Assembly: GCA_965227295.1 (NCBI GenBank)
Contig: OZ245742.1
Coordinates: forward strand, 3,968,001 to 4,032,000
DNA from: Leptonemataceae bacterium
Lineage (GTDB): Bacteria; Spirochaetota; Leptospiria; Leptospirales; Leptonemataceae
Length of the DNA stretch: 64,000 nt
Reading direction: 5' to 3'
Below, in pieces: positions 8,772-19,250 of the stretch. The position numbers and the translations under genes were made by a program. The notes under the pieces are model-generated. The model did not search any database, was not told the DNA's origin, and was given only the letters and a program-made list of their open reading frames with translations. Numbering within the stretch: position 1 is the first letter of the stretch; every line of letters begins with the position of its first letter.

Positions 8772-9662
8772 ATGAAGTTCCTCATCAAAGATTTAAGCCG
8801 AATGACAAACTTTTCTCCGGCGCGCATTCGCAAGTGGCAGGAACGATATCGTATTTTTGAACCGACCCAGGGGAGCAACGGCTATTGGTACTACACCAAC
8901 GAGGACTATCTCGTTTTGCGGAGTATCCAGCAGCGTCTGGCCCTGGGTCAGAAGCTCTCCCACGTCATGTCTCTGGGGCGCGAGCATCTGCTGAACAACC
9001 TCATCAACGACGAGTTCTCCGAGGAAGAATGGAAATTGATCCAATGGATCAAGGATTCCAGCTACAAGGACCTCGGAAAATACGTCGAAGAGAAACGCGA
9101 CAGCGGTGGTCTGGCCTACACCGCGTGGATTCGCACCGTGCTGCAGCCGCTGGTATTGATGACCGGCCGGGCCTGGGAGACCGGTTTTCTTTCCGTAACG
9201 GAAGAACATGCGTTCAGTCGCTGGTTCCAGGGTTTCGTACAGAACAGCATCCGTGAAGTTGCCGGGCCGGAGAAGATCGACTGGCTGGTCGTCACCTTTC
9301 CCGGTGATGAACACGAACTGGGCGCACTCATGCACGCCGCTTTGTTGCAAAGTCGTAACAAAGGCGTCCGCTTCGCCGGGCACCTTCCGAAAGAAGAACT
9401 GTTGCGTGAGATTCGCGAGGGCGAGTATCGCAACGTAAGCATCTCCTGCGTACTACCCCAGGCGAAGGATAAAATCGAAGCGCTGCGTCGCGATATCAAG
9501 GGCGTTGATGATAGTTTGCGAGTTTATTTCGGCGGCTACATGTTCAGCGACAGGGATCGAAGCCAGGTCACCGCTTCAAACGGCGGGCATTCCGGGGCGA
9601 CGAATCTCGAACGCAAGGCCGCAGCGAAAGAAAGCTTAAGTGTACGCGAAGCCGTAAATTGA
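8772..9662 (+). CDS. MerR-family regulator with B12-binding domain (CarH/LitR type)
   Basis: MerR HTH with RKWQERY (RxWERRY-like); W-x9-EH motif (WETGFLSVTEEH); DxHxxG (DEHELG); SISCV; YFGG. Confidence 0.88.
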   Translation: MKFLIKDLSRMTNFSPARIRKWQERYRIFEPTQGSNGYWYYTNEDYLVLRSIQQRLALGQKLSHVMSLGREHLLNNLINDEFSEEEWKLIQWIKDSSYKDLGKYVEEKRDSGGLAYTAWIRTVLQPLVLMTGRAWETGFLSVTEEHAFSRWFQGFVQNSIREVAGPEKIDWLVVTFPGDEHELGALMHAALLQSRNKGVRFAGHLPKEELLREIREGEYRNVSISCVLPQAKDKIEALRRDIKGVDDSLRVYFGGYMFSDRDRSQVTASNGGHSGATNLERKAAAKESLSVREAVN

Positions 9663-9734
9663 TACCCTCCGCGTTTTTCGCGCGACGTTGAAAAAAGTAA
9701 CCACCGTTTCGCCGCGAACTTCGTATCCTTAAAT

Positions 9735-11018
9735 ATGCAATCGCTGGCAATTATCGGCAGCGGGATTTCAGGTCTCGGCGCCGCTTATTATCTTCGCAAC
9801 GACTTTCGCATCGACGTCTTCGAGAAGAACGACTACGTCGGCGGACACACCAACACCGTTACCGTAGAAGATGCGGGGCGGCCCATGCCGGTGGACACGG
9901 GCTTCATCGTTTACAACGAAACTACGTATCCGAACCTCACGCGGCTCTTCGCCGAACTCGACGTCGCCACCCACCGTTCGGACATGTCTTTCGGCATGTT
10001 TAATCACGACACCGGCCTGCAATTCAGCGGCCAGGGATTGAACACGCTCTTCGCGCAACGCCGTAACCTCCTGCGACCGAAGTACTGGAAGTTTCTCATG
10101 CAGGCCAATCGTTTCAACAACGAAGCACCGCTGCACCTGGAGCAGGGCCTGGCCGACGCGCCGCTCTTCGATTATCTGAAAGCGCAGGGTTACGACGACT
10201 ACTTCATCTTTAACTTCATTGTGCCCATGGGCTCGGCGGTATGGTCGACACCCGTGGATCGCATGCTGGAGTTTCCGGCGGCGGCGTTGATTCGTTTTTT
10301 TCACAATCACGGTTTTCTCGGCATGAGTACGCAATTGCCGTGGCGCACGGTGACGAACGGCTCGCACTCGTACGTGCGCAAGATTCTCGATCACCTGGAC
10401 GAAGCCGGCGCGACGGTGCGCACGGGGGAAGGCGTCCTCGGCGTGCGTCGCGATCCCCGCGGCCCGGGTGTGATCGTGCGTACGAAACACGGTGAGTATG
10501 CCTGCGATCGCGTGCTCCTGGCCGTGCACGGCGACCAGGCCCTGCGCCTGCTGGAGGATCCCACGCCGGAAGAGAGCGAACTACTGGCGGCCTACAAATA
10601 CGAGGCGAACCGCGCCGTGTTGCACACGGACGAATCCGTCATGCCGCCGCTCCGCAGAATCTGGTCGTCGTGGAACTACAAGTCGCGGCAGAGCGCGGGC
10701 GGTTCCACGCAAACCGCCACGGTCTACTGGATGAATCGCCTCCAGGCGCTGCCCACCCGGACGAATTACTTTGTGTCCATCAACGATTTCGAAGACATCG
10801 ATCCGGCTAAGGTTATACGCAGCATCGATTACGAACATCCGCTGTTTTCCAGCAAGGCCATCGAATACCAGTCGCGCCTGGATGAACTGAACGCGCGCGG
10901 TCCGCTGTACTTTGCCGGCAGCTACTTTCGCTACGGATTTCACGAGGACGGCCTCATTTCCGGGCTGCGCGTGGTGGAGAAACTCAGCAGTGAACGCTTT
11001 CGTCTCCTCCCTGTATGA
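9735..11018 (+). CDS. FAD-dependent oxidoreductase (UfaD/RSP1091-like fatty acid desaturase family)
   Basis: AIIGSGISGL, GGHTNT, VDTGFIVYN..TYPN, WSSWNY, YWMNRLQ, YEHP, GFHEDGLISG. Confidence 0.9.
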   Translation: MQSLAIIGSGISGLGAAYYLRNDFRIDVFEKNDYVGGHTNTVTVEDAGRPMPVDTGFIVYNETTYPNLTRLFAELDVATHRSDMSFGMFNHDTGLQFSGQGLNTLFAQRRNLLRPKYWKFLMQANRFNNEAPLHLEQGLADAPLFDYLKAQGYDDYFIFNFIVPMGSAVWSTPVDRMLEFPAAALIRFFHNHGFLGMSTQLPWRTVTNGSHSYVRKILDHLDEAGATVRTGEGVLGVRRDPRGPGVIVRTKHGEYACDRVLLAVHGDQALRLLEDPTPEESELLAAYKYEANRAVLHTDESVMPPLRRIWSSWNYKSRQSAGGSTQTATVYWMNRLQALPTRTNYFVSINDFEDIDPAKVIRSIDYEHPLFSSKAIEYQSRLDELNARGPLYFAGSYFRYGFHEDGLISGLRVVEKLSSERFRLLPV

Positions 11019-11898
11019 GTGCCGGGTCTTCCACCGGCGGTATGTGCGGACCGATCTGCGGTTCGTCCGGCGGATCTTTCTGTTCTGCATCGACCTGGAC
11101 GAACTTCCGGAGCTGAATCGTCGGCTCCTCTGGTTCGGCCACAACTGTCTGCGCCCGTTTTCGTTTTACGATCAGGATCACTTTGTCTGGCAGAGAGACG
11201 GTGGGTTGGGCCGCAGTACGAAAGATCGAGTCATCGAGTACCTGCATGAACGCGGTGCGGACTTTACGGTGGGGCGCGTGCTCCTCGTTACGAATCTGCG
11301 GGTATTCGGCTATGTCTTTAACCCGGTGAGCTTCTACTATTGTTACGACGAAACCGGTCGTCTGCGCGCCGTGATTTCGGAAGTGAACAATACCTACCTG
11401 GAGCAGAAACCTTTTTTGACCTGGGTGGAGACCGCGGAGGACCTGGAACTCCAGGCTGGCGGTGATATCGAACGCCGGGCTGCGAAGAACTTCTATGTTT
11501 CGCCTTTTATTCGGCATGATACCGAGTTCTATTTTAAGTTTGCCGGCCCCGGCGAACTTCTGCGCGTGCGCATCGATTCTTATCTCAAACGCCGGACGAT
11601 CCTGAAGGCGCAGATCCACGGTCGCCGCCGGGACCTGAATGATCGCAGCCTGCTGCGCATGATGTTCCGCTATCCGTTCATTACGCTGAAGGTCATCGCC
11701 TGGATTCATCTCTATGCACTAAAGCTGTATTTACGAAAGCTCTTCGTATTCGATAAAAAACAAAGTGATGAGCGCATTGTCCGGTACGGCGAGAGCGAAG
11801 GTGTCGTCTGTGACACAAATGTGCCGGCCAGGCGCGAATATTCCACCCGGGTTCGTCGTGCGCCCCGAAAAAAAGAGCGGGAGCCCGCCGGAGTTTGA
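10990..11898 (+). CDS. DUF1365 family protein (UfaO/RSP1090-like)
   Basis: LYECRVFHRR, GYVFNPVSFYYC, EVNNTY, KNFYVSPF, IHLYALKLYLR. GTG start overlaps the end of the oxidoreductase gene. Confidence 0.9.
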   Translation: MNAFVSSLYECRVFHRRYVRTDLRFVRRIFLFCIDLDELPELNRRLLWFGHNCLRPFSFYDQDHFVWQRDGGLGRSTKDRVIEYLHERGADFTVGRVLLVTNLRVFGYVFNPVSFYYCYDETGRLRAVISEVNNTYLEQKPFLTWVETAEDLELQAGGDIERRAAKNFYVSPFIRHDTEFYFKFAGPGELLRVRIDSYLKRRTILKAQIHGRRRDLNDRSLLRMMFRYPFITLKVIAWIHLYALKLYLRKLFVFDKKQSDERIVRYGESEGVVCDTNVPARREYSTRVRRAPRKKEREPAGV

Positions 11899-11952
11899 AT
11901 TACCTTCGAACAGAGAAAGGATTGATTATATTTTGATTGATTGGAGCATAAA

Positions 11953-13299
11953 ATGAGTTCAGCCCTGGAGACAAAAGAGGAAGTGCAAATCGAAGCACCG
12001 GTTTCCGGTACCGCGCCCCTGGGCGCCGGTCGAGGTGCCCGGCAGGCAGCGCAGCATCGCCCTGGTTTCTATGAGGGCCTGTTTTTCCGTGCGTTGCAGA
12101 ACATCGAGGACGGCGGACTGGACGTTGTCTTTCCGGACGGCCGCGTCCGCCGTATCGGCCAGGCCGACGCGGCCGAGCCGGCCGTCCTCGAAGTACGGGA
12201 ACCGGTTTCTTTTTTCCGGCACTCGGTGCTCTTCGGCGAGATAGGATTCGGCGAGGCGTATGTCGAAGGCTGGTGGGATTCCCCGGACGTGCTTGAGGTC
12301 ATGGCGTTCTTTATGCGCAACTCGGCCCAGGCACCGACCTTTTCCCGCTCGCTGATCAAGGGGCTCTTCATTGCACCGCTCGCGTTCCTGAACCGCATTG
12401 CCTATCGTCTGCGGCCGAACACGAAACACATGTCGCGCAGGAACATTTCCGAGCACTACGATCTCTCCAACGAATTTTTCCAGCTCTGGCTCGACGAAAG
12501 CATGGCCTACTCCAGCGGGGTCTTCGAGAACGAAGAGAGCACCCTGCACGAGTCTCAACTCGCGAAGTTCAAGATGATCGCGCGCAAGCTGCAATTGAAC
12601 GATACGGATCACGTCCTGGAAATCGGCTGTGGTTGGGGCGGCTTCGCGGTTTACGCCGCGAAGAACTACGGTTGCCGCGTGACCGGCGTTACGATCTCCC
12701 GGGAGCAGTACGACCTGGCCCGCGCGCGGGTAAAGGCCGAGGGCCTGGAAGACCGCATCGATATCCAGTTCTGCGACTATCGCGACATTCAAGGCCGCTA
12801 CGACAAAATCGTATCTATCGAAATGGTGGAGGCCCTGGGCTATCGATTCCTGGATACCTTCTTTCGACGCTGCAACGAACTGCTCGCCGAAGACGGCATC
12901 ATGGTGATCCAGTGCATCACCTTCCCGGATCCGTACTACCGGCGTTACATGAACTCCACCGACTTCACGAAGAAACACATCTTTCCGGGGTCGCTTCTGC
13001 TTTCGCTGCGAGAGACGATGCAGAGCCTCGGCCGTACCGGAGACCTCTGCGTCTTTAACGTGGAGAGCATCGGCCGACACTACGCGCGCACGCTCCGCGA
13101 GTGGCGCCGTAATTTCGAGGCCGCCCTCGATGACGTACGGGCCCTGGGCTTCGACGATCGCTTCATTCGCAAGTGGCGTTACTATCTGCTCTTCTGCGAG
13201 TGCGGCTTCGGTCACAACTACATCAACGATTTACAGATTCAGTTCGCCCGGCCGCAGAATCTGAAACTACGCAATTATGTTCACATTCCTCGCTCGTGA
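11953..13299 (+). CDS. cfa: Cyclopropane-fatty-acyl-phospholipid synthase family methyltransferase (UfaM-like)
   Basis: NISEHYDLSNEFF, LEIGCGWGG, IVSIEMVEA, HIFPGS, HYARTLREWR. GGAG ribosome-binding site before ATG 11953. Confidence 0.93.
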   Translation: MSSALETKEEVQIEAPVSGTAPLGAGRGARQAAQHRPGFYEGLFFRALQNIEDGGLDVVFPDGRVRRIGQADAAEPAVLEVREPVSFFRHSVLFGEIGFGEAYVEGWWDSPDVLEVMAFFMRNSAQAPTFSRSLIKGLFIAPLAFLNRIAYRLRPNTKHMSRRNISEHYDLSNEFFQLWLDESMAYSSGVFENEESTLHESQLAKFKMIARKLQLNDTDHVLEIGCGWGGFAVYAAKNYGCRVTGVTISREQYDLARARVKAEGLEDRIDIQFCDYRDIQGRYDKIVSIEMVEALGYRFLDTFFRRCNELLAEDGIMVIQCITFPDPYYRRYMNSTDFTKKHIFPGSLLLSLRETMQSLGRTGDLCVFNVESIGRHYARTLREWRRNFEAALDDVRALGFDDRFIRKWRYYLLFCECGFGHNYINDLQIQFARPQNLKLRNYVHIPRS

Positions 13300-13322
13300 G
13301 CGGGGAATTACTGGAGGCTACC

Positions 13323-14093
13323 ATGAACACGAACACAAACCGCAAACGCATCCTGATCGTGGCCGTGCTTGTGCTGGGTATTGTCGCATTCAGCGCGCCC
13401 GCGTCGGCAATCACCGACAACGGCGTGGTTCGCTATCGCGGCAACGCTTATGATCTCGACACGGGCAAGTTCATCTACTCCGAAAACCATGCGGAGCACT
13501 GGTCGAACGGGAAACACATCTACTCCGTCGTGACCTATCGGGACGCGTCCGGCAAGGCGATCGCGCGCAAGCGTATTACGTTTACCGAGAATCCGGTCCA
13601 GCCCACGTTTGAGATGAAAGATCTGCGCGACGGCTATGTCGAGGGGGCGAAACGGCTGAGCTCCGACCGATACCGGTTCTACAAAAAATCCAGTGAGAGC
13701 GCGCAGTTGCAGGAAGGCGTGGTGCAGGCGTCGCGACCGGCGGTGATCGACGGCGGTTTCGACTATTACATTCGCCGCAATTTCGACAGCCTGGCCGCGG
13801 GCAAAGCACATACGGTCAATTTCGCGGTGCCGGCCCGCCTTGCGTATTACAGCTTCCGTGTTTCGAAGGTTAAGGACCTGACAATCGGCGATCGTTCGGC
13901 GGTTATGTTTCAATTCGCACCGCAAAATTTTATTCTGCGGCAGTTGGTGAAGCCGCTCTACGTCAGCTACGATCGCGAGACGAAGCGCCTGCTGGTCTAT
14001 TCCGGTTACACGAATATCGATGACGGATCCGGAAGCAGTAACTATGAGGCGCGTATTGTTTTTGATTATCCGGCGGCGATAGCCGGCCGGTGA
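13323..14093 (+). CDS. Secreted hypothetical protein
   Basis: GGAGG ribosome-binding site; signal peptide MNTNTNRKRILIVAVLVLGIVAFSAPASA; aromatic/beta-rich mature region; last gene before a terminator. Confidence 0.8.
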   Translation: MNTNTNRKRILIVAVLVLGIVAFSAPASAITDNGVVRYRGNAYDLDTGKFIYSENHAEHWSNGKHIYSVVTYRDASGKAIARKRITFTENPVQPTFEMKDLRDGYVEGAKRLSSDRYRFYKKSSESAQLQEGVVQASRPAVIDGGFDYYIRRNFDSLAAGKAHTVNFAVPARLAYYSFRVSKVKDLTIGDRSAVMFQFAPQNFILRQLVKPLYVSYDRETKRLLVYSGYTNIDDGSGSSNYEARIVFDYPAAIAGR

Positions 14094-14109
14094 AAGTGTG
14101 CTGAGTGTA

Positions 14110-14149
14110 AACGGCGCGCTCGTTTTCGGGCGAGCGCGCCGCTTTTTTT
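14110..14149. terminator. Intrinsic terminator between convergent genes
   Basis: 11-bp stem cggcgcgctcg/cgagcgcgccg followed by a T7 run. Confidence 0.85.
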
Positions 14150-14744
14150 ATTCTTCGAACAACTTCCGATAACTGCCGTAACCGGCCTTCTCCAGGTCCT
14201 CTCTTCCGATAAAGCGCAACGAAGCCGAGTTGATGCAGTAGCGCAGATACGTCGGCGGCGGTCCGTCTTCGAATACGTGACCCAGGTGCGAGTCCGCGTG
14301 CTTGCTGCGCACTTCCACGCGAACCATGCCGTGGGACGTATCGGTCTTGCTTACGACATTGTCCGCTTCCAGGGGCGTGTAGAAACTCGGCCAGCCCGTG
14401 CCCGATTTGTACTTGTGCGTGGAGCTGAACAACGGCTCGCCGGAGACGATGTCGACGTAGATGCCTTCTTTTTTGTTGTCCCAGTACTCGTTCTGGAAGG
14501 GACGCTCGGTGCCGTCTTCCTGGGTGACGTAGTACTGTACGGAGCTGAGTCGTTGCTTCAGGGTTTCCTTTGAAGGTTTTTGAAACGAATCCGGGGAAAA
14601 GCCTGAGCCCGCCGCGGCAAGGGGGGCAACCGGAGTCGGATTCGATTCGGCGGCCTCATCCGGAGCGCCGTCGGCACGGCCGCAGCCGGAAAGAAGCACT
14701 GCGACCACGGCCGAAGCTGCGAAGAAGAGCGAGGAGTACATCAT
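14148..14744 (-). CDS. msrB: Peptide-methionine (R)-S-oxide reductase MsrB, lipoprotein
   Basis: [35 protein letters not shown]-terminal lipobox LLSGC; no Zn CxxC pairs. Confidence 0.95.
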   Translation of the reverse strand: MMYSSLFFAASAVVAVLLSGCGRADGAPDEAAESNPTPVAPLAAAGSGFSPDSFQKPSKETLKQRLSSVQYYVTQEDGTERPFQNEYWDNKKEGIYVDIVSGEPLFSSTHKYKSGTGWPSFYTPLEADNVVSKTDTSHGMVRVEVRSKHADSHLGHVFEDGPPPTYLRYCINSASLRFIGREDLEKAGYGSYRKLFEE

Positions 14745-14810
14745 AAGAGATGAGAAACCCGGAACGCCCGTGGGTTACAGGATCATGGGGCCCGGCAAAG
14801 GATCGAAAAC

Positions 14811-14850
14811 AAAAAAGCCGGCGTCGCAATTCCCGCGAACGCCGGCTTTA
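14811..14850 (-). terminator. Intrinsic terminator downstream of nrdJ
   Basis: aaagccggcgt...acgccggcttt stem with an A6 run on + (T6 on the minus strand). Confidence 0.8.
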
Positions 14851-14872
14851 TTGTTGTGAAAGCGGCCGTAAT

Positions 14873-17800
14873 TCAGCTACAGCCGGTCGTTGAGCCGCAG
14901 CTCATGCACTTGAGGCAGCTTCCATTGCGGATGAGGGTGAACTGCTGGCATTCCGGGCAGGGATCGCCTTCGTAGCCTTTCATCTTCGCAATTTCCACGG
15001 TCTCTTTCTGAGTGGTCTGCAGCGTCGTGGTGACGGACACGCCCGGCGCGCCGTCTCCGATGAGTGCACCGGCGGCAAAGTCGCCGGCATCGCCGATGTC
15101 CGGCATCCAGGAGAGCCGACCCTCGGCATCGCGCTGTCCCAGACTCGTCTCACTCAGCTCGTCCATCTCCGCGTCCGAAGCGCTGAGTCCTTCGAGTGCC
15201 TGGTCCGTGTCGCGGACACCGCGCAGGCCCACGGGATTCGACGACTCGTCCGAAGGCCCGCGGACCACGTCGCCCCGGAGATCCTCCGGTTGAACCTGCG
15301 CCAGGTCCGTGCGACCGAGATACGTGATGGCCAGTTCCCGGAAGACATAGTCGATGATCGACGTGGACATTTTGATGTGCGGGTTGCCCTGGACCATGCC
15401 GTTGGGTTCGAAGCGCGTAAAGCAGAACGCGTCCACGAATTCCTCAAGGGGCACGCCGTACTGAAGACCCAGGGACACGGCGATAGCGAAGGAGTTCATG
15501 AGCGATCGGAAGGCCGCGCCTTCTTTGTGCATGTCCAGGAACATCTCGCCCAGGCGTCCGTCTTCATACTCGCCGGTGCGCAGGTAGATCTTATGACCGC
15601 CGACGACGGCCTTTTGTGTATAGCCGGCGCGACGATCGGGGAGGCGGTTGCGTTTCGCCATGTAGCGATACACGAGCTTCTCCGTGGTTTTTTCGATCAG
15701 CGACTGCGCATCCTGTTGTTGCACGGCGCTTTCGGCAGCCACGGTGTCGTCCGCCGCATCTTCCTCTTCGTCCTCGTCCACCTGGATGTTCAGCGGCTGG
15801 GACAGCTTGCTGCCGTCGCGATACAGGGCCACAGCCTTGTTCATTACTTTCCAGGCAAGCTCGTACGCTTCTTTGACCTCGGAAATCGCCGCTTCGCCCG
15901 GCATGTTGATGGTTTTCGAGATCGCGCCCGAAAGGAACGGCTGCGCCGCGGCCATCATGCGGATGTGCGAATCCCACTTGAGGAAACGTTTGCCGTAGCG
16001 ACCGCAGCGGTTCGCGCAATCGAAGACGGACAGGTGTTCTTCTTTAAGATGCGGTGCACCTTCCACGGTCATGGTGCCGCAGACATAGTCGCCGGCCGCA
16101 CGGATGTCTTCTTTTGCGAAGCCGAGTGCCTCCAGCAGATTGAATTCCAGCGAGTCGATCTCATCGCCCAGTTTCAACGTACCGCGAAGGAACTCTTCGC
16201 CGATCGTGAACTTGTTGAACACGAACCCCAGATCGAACGCCGTCGACAGCGAACCTTCGATGCGCTCCAGGACTTCGTCGGTGAAGCCTTTGGCCTTGAG
16301 GCTCTCATGGTTTACAACGGGCGCGCCTTTGAGCGTACCGTGACCCACGGCGTATTTCACGATGCCGGTGATCTCGGTATCGTTATAGCCGAGTTTCTTC
16401 AGAGCCGGCGGGATGCACTGGTTGATGATCTTGAAGTAACCACCGCCGGCGAGCTTCTTGAACTTCACCAGCGCGAAGTCCGGCTCAATCCCGGTGGTAT
16501 CGCAGTCCATCACGAGACCGATGGTACCCGTCGGTGCGAGCACCGTTACCTGAGCGTTGCGGTAGCCGTGCTGTTCGCCCATGGCGAGCGCGCGATCGGC
16601 CTCTTCCCGGGCTGCTTTGAGCAGATAGTCCGGGCAGTGTTCCGGGTCGATACCGAGCGGAGTAACGGTGAGCCCTTCGTACTCTGATGCCTCACTGTTG
16701 TAGGCCGCGCGGCGGTGGTTACGGATGACCCGCAGCATGGCGTCTCTGTTGCCCGGGAAATTCGGGAACGTGCCCAGGCGTTCAGCCATCTCGGCGCTTG
16801 TGGCGTAGGCGTTCATGTGCATGATCGCCGTGAGCGCGCCGCAGAGGGCCCGGCCTTCGTCGGAGTCGTACGGAATGCCGAGGACCATGAGCAGCGAGCC
16901 CAGGTTCGCGTAGCCGAGGCCGAGCGTCCGGAATTCGTACGACAACTGCGCGATCTTTGCCGACGGATACTGCGCCATCGTTACCGAGATTTCCAGGACC
17001 ATGGTGAGGATGCGCGTGGTATGTCGGTAGCCCAGGTCGTCGAACTCGCCGGTTTCCTGGTTCAGAAACTTCAGCAGGTTCATGGACGCTAAGTTGCACG
17101 CCGTGTCATCTAAGAACATGTACTCGGAGCACGGGTTGGACGCGTTGATGCGTCCGTCGGTGGGACAGGTATGCCATTCGTTGATGGTGGTGTCGAATTG
17201 CACGCCCGGATCGGCGGACGACCAGGCGGCGTAGGCGATCTGATCCCAGAGTTCCCGCGCCTTTACAGTGCGATGTGCTTTCGGTTCACGACCCTCGGCC
17301 TCGGCATCCTCACGCTCGGTGCGCCAGTAGAGATTCCAGTCCCCGTCATTCTCCACGGCGTCCATGAAGCCGTTGGTGATGCGCACGGAGTTGTTGGAGT
17401 TCTGTCCGGAGACGGAGAGATACGCCTTCGACTGCCAGTCCGTGGTGAGCTCTTCGAAGAGGATCGAAGTGTGACCCTGCTTCGCGAGCTCCAGCACGCG
17501 ATGGATGTAGTTGTCCGGAATCATGACGGCGCGGGCTTCTTTGACAGCGGCCTTGAGTTCCGGATTCTTATTAATGGTAAACTTCGTCTCGGGATCGGTG
17601 CCGGCGTGGGCCGCGGCCATGATGGCGTTCAGGTGACGATTGGCCAGCTTCGAACCGGCCACCAGTGCCACGACCTTCTGCTCTTCCACGGCCTTCCAGT
17701 TGATGAACTCCTCGATGTCCGGGTGGTCCATGTCGAGGCAGACCATTTTCGCGGCGCGGCGGGTGGTGCCGCCGGACTTGATGGCCCCGGCCGCGCGGTC

Positions 17801-18625
17801 GCCGATCTTCAGGAACGACATGAGGCCGGAGGAACGGCCGCCGCCGGAGAGGGGCTCGCCCTCGGCGCGCAGGTTCGCGAAGTTCGTGCCCGTGCCGGAG
17901 CCGTACTTAAAGAGCCGCGCTTCCCGGAGCCACAGGTCCATGATGCCGCCTTCGTTTACCAGGTCATCGTTGATGGACTGAATAAAGCAGGCGTGGGGCT
18001 GCGGGTGTTCGTACGCGGAGGAAGAGCGCGTGAGTTCGCCGGTTACCGGGTCGACGTAGTAATGTCCCTGACCGGCGCCGTCGATGCCGTAGGCCCAGTG
18101 CAGGCCGGTGTTGAACCACTGCGGGGAGTTCGGTGCGGCGGTCTGGCTTGCGAGCACGTAGAGCAACTCGTCGTAGAACGCGCGGGCATCTTCCTCGCTC
18201 GTGAAGTAGTTGTGTTTGTAGCCCCAGTAGGTCCAGCAACCGGCCAAACGATGGAAGACCTGCTTCGCCGAGACCTCACCGGTGGTCCGGTCGTCCGGGG
18301 GCAGGGCGTTCAGCGCTTCGTGATCCGGCTGATGGCGCCACAGCCACTGCGGTACGCCGTCCTCGGGCACGGCCTTGATGCGTGCGGGGACGCCGGCCTT
18401 GCGGAAATACTTTTGGGCGAGGATATCGGTGGCCACCTGGGACCAGCCTTTGGGAACCTCGACGTCATTGGCTTCGAAGACCACCGTGCCGTCCGGATTC
18501 ACGATCCGGCTGACGCGATGCGTCCATTCGAAGCCCTCCCAGACCGCAGTCTGTTCGTGCGGCGCGCCGTCCGGATCGAGCGTCCAGTTCGCGGCGTGCG
18601 AAGTGTGGTAGCGTTTAACGAGCAT
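14873..18625 (-). CDS. nrdJ: Adenosylcobalamin-dependent (class II) ribonucleotide reductase
   Basis: [52 protein letters not shown]-terminal TSCPD-like domain and CPEC...CMSC zinc ribbon. Confidence 0.97.
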   Translation of the reverse strand: MLVKRYHTSHAANWTLDPDGAPHEQTAVWEGFEWTHRVSRIVNPDGTVVFEANDVEVPKGWSQVATDILAQKYFRKAGVPARIKAVPEDGVPQWLWRHQPDHEALNALPPDDRTTGEVSAKQVFHRLAGCWTYWGYKHNYFTSEEDARAFYDELLYVLASQTAAPNSPQWFNTGLHWAYGIDGAGQGHYYVDPVTGELTRSSSAYEHPQPHACFIQSINDDLVNEGGIMDLWLREARLFKYGSGTGTNFANLRAEGEPLSGGGRSSGLMSFLKIGDRAAGAIKSGGTTRRAAKMVCLDMDHPDIEEFINWKAVEEQKVVALVAGSKLANRHLNAIMAAAHAGTDPETKFTINKNPELKAAVKEARAVMIPDNYIHRVLELAKQGHTSILFEELTTDWQSKAYLSVSGQNSNNSVRITNGFMDAVENDGDWNLYWRTEREDAEAEGREPKAHRTVKARELWDQIAYAAWSSADPGVQFDTTINEWHTCPTDGRINASNPCSEYMFLDDTACNLASMNLLKFLNQETGEFDDLGYRHTTRILTMVLEISVTMAQYPSAKIAQLSYEFRTLGLGYANLGSLLMVLGIPYDSDEGRALCGALTAIMHMNAYATSAEMAERLGTFPNFPGNRDAMLRVIRNHRRAAYNSEASEYEGLTVTPLGIDPEHCPDYLLKAAREEADRALAMGEQHGYRNAQVTVLAPTGTIGLVMDCDTTGIEPDFALVKFKKLAGGGYFKIINQCIPPALKKLGYNDTEITGIVKYAVGHGTLKGAPVVNHESLKAKGFTDEVLERIEGSLSTAFDLGFVFNKFTIGEEFLRGTLKLGDEIDSLEFNLLEALGFAKEDIRAAGDYVCGTMTVEGAPHLKEEHLSVFDCANRCGRYGKRFLKWDSHIRMMAAAQPFLSGAISKTINMPGEAAISEVKEAYELAWKVMNKAVALYRDGSKLSQPLNIQVDEDEEEDAADDTVAAESAVQQQDAQSLIEKTTEKLVYRYMAKRNRLPDRRAGYTQKAVVGGHKIYLRTGEYEDGRLGEMFLDMHKEGAAFRSLMNSFAIAVSLGLQYGVPLEEFVDAFCFTRFEPNGMVQGNPHIKMSTSIIDYVFRELAITYLGRTDLAQVQPEDLRGDVVRGPSDESSNPVGLRGVRDTDQALEGLSASDAEMDELSETSLGQRDAEGRLSWMPDIGDAGDFAAGALIGDGAPGVSVTTTLQTTQKETVEIAKMKGYEGDPCPECQQFTLIRNGSCLKCMSCGSTTGCS

Positions 18626-19250
18626 GTCTTCCTCCGAATTCTTGTGCGGCCCCGCTACGAGTCAAGGAATTACCCGTCAAATATTCAGGTAACACTTGCT
18701 TATGACGCTCCCGGGCTCAATCGGGATACGCCGTTTCTTTGTTCTTATTTCGTGAATGTTTCCGCTGTACGCGGGGTGGTGTGACGTCGATCAAACCAGC
18801 TTAAATGAAAGCATTATGTCGCATTTTTAAGCAATGGCCGGTTTGGTCTTATGTCACATTCAGTTCCAGTTAAAGCACCTTGCCTTGCATTCGGTCAAAT
18901 CCTTTTGACTGATTTCCCCTGGAGTCGTCGCAAAAAAGTTTACACTTTCCTGGCCCACGCCGGGTCCCGATCTACACCCCGCCGCTCCCGGAATTATGTC
19001 CCGTAAGCGGGGGGAGAGATTTGGGCCTTCGTTAGAAAACTGTCAACAGGAAACCGTGAAAATCGCCCGGGGAAGGAAAAAAATTATGTCACGCTTTTTC
19101 CTCATAATAATGCACCACCGGGGCACCGAGGACACGGAGAAGACAATGTCACAGGAGGTAGAGAGGTAGAGAGCTTTTTGGATTGGGCTGGTTTGTTATG
19201 AATGTTTGCGACTCTTCGCGCAAGGGATTGGAAGGGTCGCGCGTTAGCGC

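Noticed and set aside
15290..18784. Long plus-strand ORFs opposite nrdJ (465 and 537 aa), and similar antisense ORFs opposite cfa, the helicase, cysD and ugd
   Set aside because: Typical stop-poor antisense frames of high-GC genes, with no protein-like motifs.
19119..19140. caccgaggacacggag as another REPIN-like arm
   Set aside because: Only a partial match and no partner inverted arm; possibly a remnant but unsupported.
18626..19250. Cobalamin riboswitch or NrdR box upstream of nrdJ
   Set aside because: No B12-box core and no convincing acaCwAtATaTwGtgt-like palindrome seen by eye.
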